Of a DNA stretch of 53,022 bases, positions 1 through 10,065 are shown in pieces. Origin of the DNA: Octopus bimaculoides (lineage: Eukaryota); assembly GCF_001194135.2 (NCBI RefSeq), contig NC_068991.1, forward strand, positions 30,810,164-30,863,185, given 5' to 3'. A model generated the notes under the pieces. The model was given only the letters and a program-made list of their open reading frames with translations. It made no database searches and was not told the origin of the DNA. The translations under genes were made by a program, and so were the position numbers. Position 1 is the first letter of the stretch, and each line of letters begins with the position of its first letter.

Positions 1-385
1 ATCTCTAATCACGAGTAGAAGTAGTGGGAGAGCGTCATAGCCATGTGTTGAGAGGAATCTTTTGGGGTTTGGATAATTTACCTTTGGAAACATGGATGTT
101 TTGTTCATGATCCTTAAACTACCCTTATTCAGGGACCTTTTGAGTGGGATGGGCTACTCGACCTGAAGAAAATTCTAACTGGGCCCCACCTGCGAGGTCA
201 TGCGCTGTTTATCTTGATTTGAGATTACTATGTCTCGCACATATGGTTGTGATGCATGTGCTTGGTGTACCCTTATCAGACGAGTAGTCATGATGGGTAT
301 AATGGGCTTCGTATATTTTACCCTAGTGTCACTTTGATGGTATGCACTGATCTCTCACTCAATAATAATAATAACAATAATAATA
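1..385 (+). mobile_element. 3' terminal portion of a non-LTR retroposon (LINE 3'UTR or SINE tail) ending in an (AAT)n tail
   Basis: Ends GATGGTATGCACTGATCTCTCACTC followed by AATAATAAT. The same terminus (GATGGCATGCACTGCTCTTTCACTCAATAAT) recurs at ~17286-17316, again followed by (AAT)n. Family not identified. Confidence 0.55.
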
Positions 386-457
386 CTGTAATTCGATGAC
401 GTATATATAATACTTTAAGGGAGACGAGAGAAGAAAACAACTACATGACCAGAGTGT

Positions 458-2335
458 TTTTTTATTAGGTCTCAAATTGCTGATTACAATGTCTATTATA
501 AATTTACGTTGAAAATTTTTGACAATGATAATAATAACAATAATAAAAAGAGAATAACAATCACAATGGCAATTCTTTCTTTATCAGTCTCAAGGTTTGC
601 ACACAAAGGACGATACAACATAAAGGAAAGTGAAGATTCACATGTAGTGCATGTAAACAGTAAAAAAAAAAATAAACAAATAACAATTAACAAACTTTTC
701 AAACAATAAAATTCTCCCAAAAGAAGGAAGCTCCACCAAAGGGCAACCAAGGAACCCCACTCATCCTGATCACCCTGAACGCCAAGGGTACTCCTCTCCT
801 CTCCGTTCCCTCGGGCTAACAGGCGCATGCTTAGAGTCGGCCCATTCACACGGGTCTTCTTCGCCACATTCACCCATCTTTCATCAAAAATACTGGGAGT
901 TAGCACTTCCATCTCCACATTCCTTTTCCTCTTTAAGTGGAACCTGAAAATATTGATAAGGTCTTGGCTTAAGAAAGTGTTTGTCTTCAGTCTTTTCACC
1001 TTTGTCCACCACATTACCTCTTTCGCCACAGCACCAGACAGAGGAAAACTCCCTTCCTTTCCCGTCCAAAAGAAGGCGGCGGGGCAATCACAACGGGCTC
1101 AACTGATAACCGGATCCGCCCTACACGCAATAACAGCTGTTCGACAAAGCTCCATAAGTCAGAGGCCCTACAGAACGGTTACGTTACATTACGCGCATTT
1201 CGAACAAGCCCGTGTAACAACACACTCGTGACTGTAGAGTTTATCTTGAACCCGTTGCCCATTCGGTCGCTCTGCCAGGACAACGACATCTGGAAATTAC
1301 TCATGGTAGTGCCCTACCGGGAAGTCTTCCGGAACGTCGACGCCCAAAGTTTCCCGAGAACTTCGCCGCACTTTCCCGTCACTTATATTGCTAAAGTGCA
1401 ACATTTACAGATTCCACTGCCTGACTGGTAGAGGGTTCTGAGCGCCTGACGACTCTCTGGGTTCCGGGCATCCAGTCTCGATCTATTTTTCACCGATGAC
1501 TGCAACTCTGTCAAAGAAACAAGCTGCGGAAAAACATGCCACACAAACGGAGCCCACACACGTTCACCGTCAGGAAACCTTTGCAGGTGACGCAACCTGA
1601 ATGCGTGTCCGCGCATCAGAAGCCACGACATTCCTAAGCGGCCACGCTGTGTATGATGGCAGTAGACTACCGCCTGACCGTTGGAACACGTCCCTTCCAC
1701 ACGAAAATAAATAAGAGACGTTCCAGCAAGACGGTCAAGTGACAAATTATGACGGAGACGAAGTGGGTATTCGTCACCTCTGCATATTTCTAGATAAGAC
1801 TGGCTATCCTGTTCGTCACCTCGTCCCAATTTTATCCACTTGGCGGTCGGGAACGAATCAGACCTCGAGCAGTTTAACTGTTCCGTCAGTCCAGCGTCCA
1901 AAGACGCCGTCTGACGACATCAACCTGCCTCACCAGGTACTCAGCTACAAGCCCACCGACTTGTCGGCGTTGATTTTGGCCCATGCAACCGACTCATTCC
2001 TTTAGAATGGAATCGACCGTCATTACTTCGGAGTTGTCCGACATTATGACAGTGACATCGTCTGCGTAAGCCGACATGTGTCCCTAGTTCGAAATAAATA
2101 CCCTTAAACTGTTCCAACTTCCGCAGCAGAGGCTCGAGAGCCAGCACGTAGAGAAGAGATGAAAGCGAGAATTCCTGATGGACTGAGCGTGAAATGCAAA
2201 ACGATGGCGATAGATTGACCGTTTACTTTGACCACTGAGCAGATACCGTTGCACATTGCAGCGGGCCAAACTCTGAAAGTGGGTCCGAAACTAGCCGCTT
2301 TTAGAACGGCTTCGAAGTAGCGTTGGTAGACCCTG
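458..2335 (-). mobile_element. Degenerate L1/Tx1-like LINE, 3' half of ORF2 (RT to C-terminus) plus 3'UTR and A-rich tail
   Basis: Manual minus-strand translation across frameshifts gives RT motifs RVYQRYFEAVLKAASFGPTF, LSSLLYVLALEPLLRKLE, catalytic MSAYADDVTV (YADD ~2057-2068), AKINADKSVGL*LSTW, GRWTDGTVKLL, GRLGMSWLLMRGHAFRL, NFQMSLSWQ and the C-terminal AKEVMWWT...FRFHLKRK...FDERW. AATAAAAAAA (minus) lies at ~458-468. Many stops and frameshifts. Confidence 0.85.
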
Positions 2336-4130
2336 TTGTTGTTGTTGTTGCTTGTAGTAGAGGACATGATTTCATTTTCCTTAAAAATTTTCTCCTGTTT
2401 CTCCTGTTATTGTAAAGTCTGTCATTCAGGTTTTGAGGATGAAATTATCAAATACCTCCCACCTCCCTAGATTTTACTTTTTATTTTCAGTTAGGTAATG
2501 CATCCAGTCACTGTTGCTTTTGTTCACAACAGTAAAATTGATGGAAACATTGTGTGTACCGATTAAATTGTTTTCTTTTAACAGTTTTAGTGTTAGTGCC
2601 TGTGCTTTGTTGTTGTTGTTGCTGTCGATGATTATGCTGCTGTTGTTGTTGATGTTGCTGCTGCTGTTGTTTTTGTTGTTGATGATGTTAATGTCGTCAT
2701 CGTTGGAGTGGATGTGAAATGGGCTGCATATATGATTTTTGTGTTTGTAGTTGGTTTTGTTGAGTTCTCAAAGTTGGCCTCTGAACCCGCTCCTTTTTTG
2801 CATTGCCCATTTGGTTACTGTTTACTATACCTCTGCCTGATCTTTCTTCGAGTGATTTCCAGAAAAATCGGTGGGAGGTGGAGTAATCTGGTCGAAAGAG
2901 GAACTTGAGCCGTTGTTGTTGGCTTGCGGAACCAGAAGTTTGGGAAGAGAATGCTCTTCTGTTGGAGCAGGGGGAAATATTCCACTGACGAGGTTTTGGT
3001 GTTGGAGTCCTGACCTGCTCATAGGGTTGTTGTGAATGTAGATATGGAGTTGTCAACAAGGCTGATTTCAGTTTATTTAATTGAGGACAGATGGGTTGTA
3101 TTTCTGCAGGTGTAACACTTAAGCTTTTTTGCCCTCAGTCACATCCCTTATGGGTTCCACGCCTTCCATGTAAATTATGTCAGGGAACCTATGAAAGTTC
3201 TCTGCAGTCACCAGCATTTCCACTTCCACTTGGACCACCGATATATTTTCTTTCGGGATGGATTTCTAATTTAGAATATCACCATACTCATCCAGCATCA
3301 CCCAGAAATACTGAATGTTAAGCTCTGGAAGCACATTCGAAAAAGTAACCTTATTCACTAGTCCCCCCCCCCATAGGATGAAACTATATTCATCTGAGGA
3401 GCAAGTGTGCAAAGCCATCCTTTTTCGATGTCTCTTCGTTATGGCAATATAACAACGAAAGATCCAAATCGCTCACTCACTTGACGTGGCAATTTGAACC
3501 CCAGATATCTTTTAGGCATTTTCCTGCCTGTGCTGGAGTAGGATTTTCAATCCACCTGGTCTTCTTATTGAGACAACTATAGAGAAGAGTTCTTTTTGTG
3601 ATCAGATCTTTTTTGCCTGATGATAGAACGAAAATAATTTGGTTTTACCAGTCATTTTTGGAAATTTTTACCAAAATCATTGCTAAAGGAGTACGCCACC
3701 CATCTGTCCTCAGCAAATTTGGCGAAAGATGTGTTGGATTTGTTTTCTGTGTTGTTGTTGTTGTTACTTGTAGTGAAGGACATGGATTTATTTTCTCTCT
3801 TAAAAATGTTCCCCTTCTGTTTCTCCTGTTATTATTTATGTTGCTAGTTTTTTTACACTTCCAGCTGGGAGATGTTGTTGCTGCAACTATTGTTGATAGA
3901 TAGAACTAGTTTTCAAGAATTCCTTGTTGAAATATTCCGCCTTGTGAACAATTTCAACGTCACTCCTGTTAAAAACTGGCTCGTCATCTGTTTTTTTCAA
4001 CGGGGCGACATTAGCGCACCGCACTCACTCCCTCTTTCACTACGTCTTGATGACGCTCCTCACTCTCCTGCCTCTCACTTAAGAGCGTCACTGCGTCGAT
4101 TGAAATTTTCATGGAAAATAGAAAAATTTC
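2336..4130 (-). mobile_element. 5' region and decayed gag-like ORF1 of an L1/Tx1-like LINE
   Basis: ATG at 3783-3781 opens MSFTTSNNNNNNTENKSNTSF. Later FPDIIYMEGVEPIRDVTEG and a zinc-knuckle relic KLKCYTCRNTTH (C-x2-C-x4-H, 3091-3117; final Cys lost), then a T/A/Q-rich low-complexity tail (2590-2700). Same strand as, and upstream of, the ORF2 remnant. The 5' boundary is uncertain. Confidence 0.6.
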
Positions 4131-4325
4131 ACAGCACACAATTAAACCGAGGTTTCCTCGAAGACTGGGGGACAACGTACGAAAAGAAACTCACCTAGCA
4201 GTAGAAAACTACTTTCTCTTCAAAAGTATAAGTTCCAAAACTGGACAAAACAGTTGTCCGTAGTTTCACTTACAATATGTACGGAGCCGGGTCAAGCGTG
4301 GCTTGCCAAGCTGATGGCGATAAAT

Positions 4326-4486
<161 letters not shown>

Positions 4487-4504
4487 AGAAAGAATTCAAC
4501 TCAC

Positions 4505-4690
4505 TCCAGAAGTTACTAGATTCTGCCGCAGCTGCTGCTGCCGCTGCAGCAGCTGTTGTTGGTGGAGGTGGTTCCATTAGAGCGGACATCTGTTCCATTA
4601 TAGCCGATACCTGGGCGGCATCACCGGGACCATCACGCACAAAGAAAAATGGGAAATTTCCGTGTGTCAATGGATTCCTCTCCCTGGACC
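4505..4690 (-). CDS. Candidate internal coding exon (186 nt, phase 1-1) of an unidentified protein with a poly-Pro/poly-Ala tract
   Basis: Minus-strand acceptor ttttgtttctttgcaatatttctag|GG and donor TGGA|GTGAGT. Only one frame is open: GSRERNPLTHGNFPFFFVRDGPGDAAQVSAIMEQMSALMEPPPPTTAAAAAAAAAAESSNFW. GC-richer than the flanks. No homolog recognised. Confidence 0.45.
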
Positions 4691-4779
4691 CTAGAAATAT
4701 TGCAAAGAAACAAAAGTTGAAATATCTGTCAGTAAATGTTGATTTTTTTAATGTTTGCTCTGTATAAGAAATAATATAT

Positions 4780-4995
4780 TCTTTTCTACTCAAGGCATAA
4801 GTCCTAGAAATTTTGGGGGAGGGGGCCAGTCGATGAGATGTACCCCAGTACGCAACTGGTACTTAATTTATCGAACCCGAAAGGATGAAAGGCAAAGTCG
4901 ACCTCGGCGGAATTTGAAATTAGAACTTAAAGACAGACGAAATACCGCTAAGCATTTCGCCCGGCGTGCTAACGTCTCTGCCAGCTCGCCGCCTT
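4780..4995 (-). mobile_element. tRNA-derived SINE, family A (central GCCTTTCATCCTTTCGGG.TCGATAAATTAAGTACCAG, Meta-domain-like)
   Basis: The minus strand has an A-box-like GGCAGAGACGTTAGC, a B-box-like TTCTAATTTCAAATTCC and the central domain. Homologous copies lie at 14493, 14721, 15309, 17404, 18303, 41598 and 52352. Confidence 0.8.
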
Positions 4996-5757
4996 GGTAT
5001 AAGAAATAAAATATTGTGGTTTACCTGTCACTTCTGAAAGGTAGGACTTTCAGATTGTAAGTAAAAGTGAATTAAAGCTAACTAGCGTAAACTCCGTAGC
5101 AGTATTAATTTATATGTATGCTATTGTTCGTACCGTAGCATTCACTATAATATATGCTGTCCTACGCAATCGTTATCACTGCCAGAAATACCAGCAAAAC
5201 GTTACTCAAAGTATTCTTTTAAAGTCTTAAAATGGTGGTCCGCACTGAATAATGTAGACCTGAATACAATATATGTGAGCAAGAAATGGGATGGTCTTAG
5301 TGGGAAGCTTTTCGATCATATCTTTTCGATGATGATACGCCTGGAGTTAAACAACATGTACAGAATCTATACATGGCCACCCTTTCTGTCCGAATTAACA
5401 ATAATCTCATCTGTTGCTCCATAGTCACTGCTTCTGTTACAAACAACAGAAGTGCATTTCTTGTTCTGTGGGGTCCTACAAAAATACTTCTAAATATTGT
5501 TTGTTTTACACGCGTTACAAAGAATGTATTGAATAATTGAAGAAAAGCAAGGGAAGTCTGCGTTATTCCTGTCTTTACTTGGAATATTTCCAGCACAAGG
5601 AAAGTGAATGTAGCATGAAATCACTATAAGTTAGGAAAAGAAAAAAAGACAAACAATTATGAAGTATATGACTTTCTTTATAAGGTAAAAGAAATATTAT
5701 TAGAAAGTTAAGATACAGTAAAGCACATAACCACACGCGCCATGCACAACCGCAAAA

Positions 5758-5761
<4 letters not shown>

Positions 5762-5833
<72 letters not shown>

Positions 5834-5866
5834 TGTGTCTGTGTGCGTGTATGTGTGCGTGCGCGC
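5762..5866. repeat. (TG)n microsatellite; further TG/CA tracts at 7357-7410, 7920-8000, 19740-19820, 51242-51345 and elsewhere
   Basis: Directly visible. Confidence 0.97.
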
Positions 5867-7376
5867 GAGTGAATGAGAGGAGGAAGGGGTGCGAGTGTAC
5901 TTCATTCATATTCATTCTTTCTTTCAGTCATTCATTCACTCTGTATGTCGAGTCCATTTCTTCAGTTTTGGGAGGTTTTTTTTTGTTTTCGCTTTTTATT
6001 CATTCATCTATTCATTATCTTATTCTTTTACTTTGTGATCCTGGCATTGACAAACGGTGTATGTCTTGTAATGATGGCACTGGCATGACTCTTCTTCCCC
6101 GCCTCCGTCACATACACACCTTGTAACAACGAATACATTTGAAAGGTTTTCATTTATTCATTTATTTCTATTTTTTAACATCACTAGAGACGTGTAATCG
6201 TATCCAGGTAAGGTGACCTTGTAGTTCGCCTGCTGGAGTCACTATGGCGTGACATATACCTCTTCAAAAGCAAAAAACAAAAGCAAAAACAACAAAAACG
6301 AAGAGAATAAAACTATTTTTTATGCCTTCTTTGACTCATCTGTTTCTCTCTCGTTCCATCTCCCTCTCTCGCTTCCTCTCTTCTCCCCTCTCTCCCTCTC
6401 TCTCTCTCTCTTTCTCTCTGTATATGTGCGTATGCACATACATACACAGGCATATATTAAAAACAGAAAAGAGAAACTACGGTAAATGAACAGAGAAATC
6501 AATACTTGGAAAAGAGTTGAATGTCTTAAAAAATCACTTTGACTTCGAAGTTTCGCTAAGTAACGCTTTTCAAATTGTGTGGAAAATTTTACTTGGAGAA
6601 ACTTCCAAGATGTTATCAGCTTGTGTGTGTGTGTGAGTGTGTGTGTTGTGTGCGTGCGCGTATACAATACGGTTGTATTTATCAAAAGGATTATAGCTTC
6701 AATATGACATACATTAATTACGTGTGCGCTGGTGATTAAAATTATTCTAGAATACAAGATAGTGCGGAAGAGAGAGAAAGAAAGAGAATGAAAAAGAGAA
6801 TGTGAGACAGTCAGTGAGATTATGTAGGGAAAATTATAGTGAAATAAAAAGATGTACGATTATATATGGAAAACTTTCTTTTTATGCTAATGGCGTCATC
6901 AGACTTAGGTAGGTATTTCGATATGCGTATGTCCTGATAATTTTATACTACTAAATTTTAAAATAATTATACTCCGTTCTGTCATTGTATCTTCTTACAT
7001 TCAATACATGGAAATTTGTTCTAGGATATATGTTTATCATATTTTTGAAAATCAACAACATGAACCGCAAGTTATCATGAGTACGAAAAGTCCTGCTATA
7101 TATTTTCGTCTGTGTTTGATTTCTTGGCTCTGGCTGGATGTTATCAAGCTACGATTACAATAAAGTAATTCTCCGAAATTTCTCAAACTTTAAAGGGGAA
7201 TTACTATGAAAATTGTCTTTTCGCCTCTAACTTTCCGGTTTGTGAAACCATACTCAACGTGGCAAAAATCACTTTGAGTTCGAAGTTTCAACGTGGCACA
7301 ATCATACTGGCCAAAGGTATATTTCATATCCGTATTCATATACGTATGCCTTCACAAACACACACACACACACACA

Positions 7377-7410
<34 letters not shown>

Positions 7411-7966
7411 TAAAGCAGAAAAACTAGTGTTATTGGACATACAAAATCTGTATGGTTACAATACCGTTCATCGATTACTCGAAACAACTGTAAAGATAAG
7501 GCTTGATCACACCATGCTGTTGCATACTCAACTCATCAAATAAATACACCAGCTACTTTTTATCTGACTTCACTGCCTTCATGCCAGCTCGGTGAATATC
7601 GTTCTTATAGTCAACTTTCTCCTTCGGCTCTACAACCCCCGATGAAGTTGGAATGACTTTCACACACGCGCGCACGCATACATACATACATGTTTATAAG
7701 GAAAAGGTTAGCACGAATTTTCGGCTCATCAGCCGTCATCAGACTGCTGCATTAGTCTTTCTGGCTGATAAGCCGAAATATCAAAGTCACAGACAATCTT
7801 TCCCTGGTAAATATTAATAAATAGATTAATAAATAAAAATTAATAAACTACTCCTTCAGTTTACTATTAAATTGTGTTTATATATAACATGGTATAACAA
7901 GTATACACACAAGTACACATTTGTGTGCGTGCGTGCGTGTGTGTGTATGTGTGTATGTGTGTGTGT

Positions 7967-8002
<36 letters not shown>

Positions 8003-8199
8003 AACCCCACTCGGTCACTGCCCGTTCCATCTTTCGTTTCATCGTCATCTACACATGATCCCGAGTATTATAAATTCTGATGACAACTTTTCCTCCGGCT
8101 GAATGCCTGTCACTGAAGCCACATTATCAGTATTCTCAATCAATAAACTATCCATTACACCTTTTTATCATCATCCTCATCACCACCACCACCACCACC

Positions 8200-8235
<36 letters not shown>

Positions 8236-8949
8236 GCTACATGTTACAATACTTATATTCTTACCTGTTTCATCTGTAGTGAAGGTTAGTTTATAAATTT
8301 GTGTGTGTGCGTGCGTGCGTGCGTGCGTGCGCGTATGTATAGACGGAGAATTGTATCAGCTTTAGTCGGTATGGTTAGCTTTTATCGAATTCCCACCCAT
8401 CTCACCCAGCCTGGCCAATTACTACGATACCTATTGGTTGATTTTGACCGAAATATAACAAGACACCGATTTCAGATGATTATCTTTCGAAAAACAAATA
8501 TTTCATTCTACCATCCATTTACCCCTCTCCACTCTTTTATCTCTTCATCTACACCTTTTTATACATCTATACCCTTTCATTCATATACACACTTTCATTC
8601 ATATACACCCTTCATTTCTTCATTCATACATATTGTTTATTCTTCTATACTTTTCATTCATCAGCTCATATATCTGTCTTTGTCACCGACCAAACAACCA
8701 ACCAACCAACCTACCAGCCTGCCAGACAACCAGCCTACTAACCTGTCAACTAGTCAACCAGCCTACCGACTAACCGTGACCATGCCTTTGCTAGGTCATT
8801 TGCCAGAAATCGCAGCCAAATCTCATTTTTTAGTCTTGAAAGTGAAGGACAAATTGAATAGTGTAATTTTTTCCCTAGATTATGTCTTCCAATGATGGCG
8901 GTTTGTTCCTTAAAAACCAACACCTTCTTTACAAGAAGAATGCAAACAA

Positions 8950-9290
8950 AGCAATTGCATATCGCTCAAAGCAAACAGTTCAGCATCACTTTGCTGGTTA
9001 ACAGTGAACCAAGGTTATCGTCAGTGTTGCCTATAGCTTGCCGCATTGCATAATCCAATACAATTGCAAACAGATAAGGTGCAAGTGCGTCTCATTGCAG
9101 CACCCAGCTAATATTTAAAAGAATTCCGTTTTTCCGTCAGATGAAAGCCACAATCTCTGGTTTTCTCGTAGGTCTTTGCAATGGCAAGAACTAGTTCTTC
9201 AGGAATGCATATGCGCGAAGGATCTTCAACATTTTCTCACGTTGGATACTATCAAACGCTTTGCTGAAGCCCTCGAATGTTATAATCATT
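8950..9290 (-). mobile_element. Decayed non-LTR reverse transcriptase fragment (RTE/RTEX-like)
   Basis: The minus strand gives ITFEGFSKAFDSIQREKMLKILRAY (9215-9290), then ILAG..Q.DALAPYLFAIVLDYAMRQAIG (9030-9115), matching the KAFDS and GVLQGDxLAPxLF RT motifs. A possible eroded FADD lies at ~8960-8975. Confidence 0.75.
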
Positions 9291-9499
9291 ATAATTGCGC
9301 CACGACCGCAGCTAAACACGAAGAGCATCCAACTGGAGCTCTCACATTTGCTCTAAATACCGGGACCCACTATCACCGAGAATTTCCCATGGTGAGAGCA
9401 CATTTTTAACAAAGCTAGTACCACACCTCAAAGACTCAGCTTTCTCTTAAAGTCTGGAAAATATATCTACTGACGTTCTACAAGGTCAAAGCAAGACCT

Positions 9500-10065
9500 A
9501 CAATACAGTAATACTCCCATATGTAGACGATGCTGTGGATATACACTCTGATATTTTGGACCACAACAAGAGAGTAGTTTTCAGTAATATCGTGATATTC
9601 AATGTTGCGGATGTGGTAAAATATGCCACTCCTTAACTGTCGCTTTGCCTTCATCCGTAGCACGAGGTAGTTGTAAACGTCATTATTCGTAAAATTCGGA
9701 CACTTATGAAGATCTTTAGTCCAATCTGATTTCAGCACATTAGGATCAGGTAAAACTTCACCGAAAGGAGATACAAGTTTCTGCTTATTCCGGTCTGAAG
9801 TACACTTCACGTCTGTTGATTTTAATTCATTGACGTTCTTTATCGAAAGGATTTTAATACCTTTTAACCTTTCAACCAAATCCGCCTTTTTTCTAGTAAC
9901 ATACTGTCCATATAATCGCGAATAATTCTTTAAATCGAGCTGCTTAATATTCATGATATGACGTGACACACAACAATGGCGTGGGTAGTCCGCGGAAGTA
10001 GAATTGTCTGCATGGAGAGCCGCCTAACCAAGAGCCGCCTAACCAATCTACTTATCGGAATGTCC
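9500..10065 (-). mobile_element. Remnant of a DNA-transposon accessory ORF (SAP-like N-terminus; resembles SWIM/YqaJ-type ORFs of ISL2EU/PIF-Harbinger-related elements)
   Basis: ORF 9478-9969: MNIKQLDLKNYSRLYGQYVTRKKADLVERL (SAP-like), then LPDPNVLKSDWTKDLHKCPNFTNNDVYNYLV...QLRSGIFY, the pattern that precedes the SWIM finger in such proteins. The SWIM and nuclease parts are not present, and no TIR pair was found. Confidence 0.45.

Noticed and set aside
6030-6125. Cys-rich minus frame CVCDGGGEEESCQCHHYKTYTVCQCQD
   Set aside because: Short, ends in a stop, matches no domain spacing I can name, and the splice context is weak.
8406-8430. 25-nt minus segment reading IVVIGQAG, like the start of a P-loop
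   Set aside because: The donor is good but the acceptor is poor, and no continuing GK[ST] exon was found; too short to be significant.
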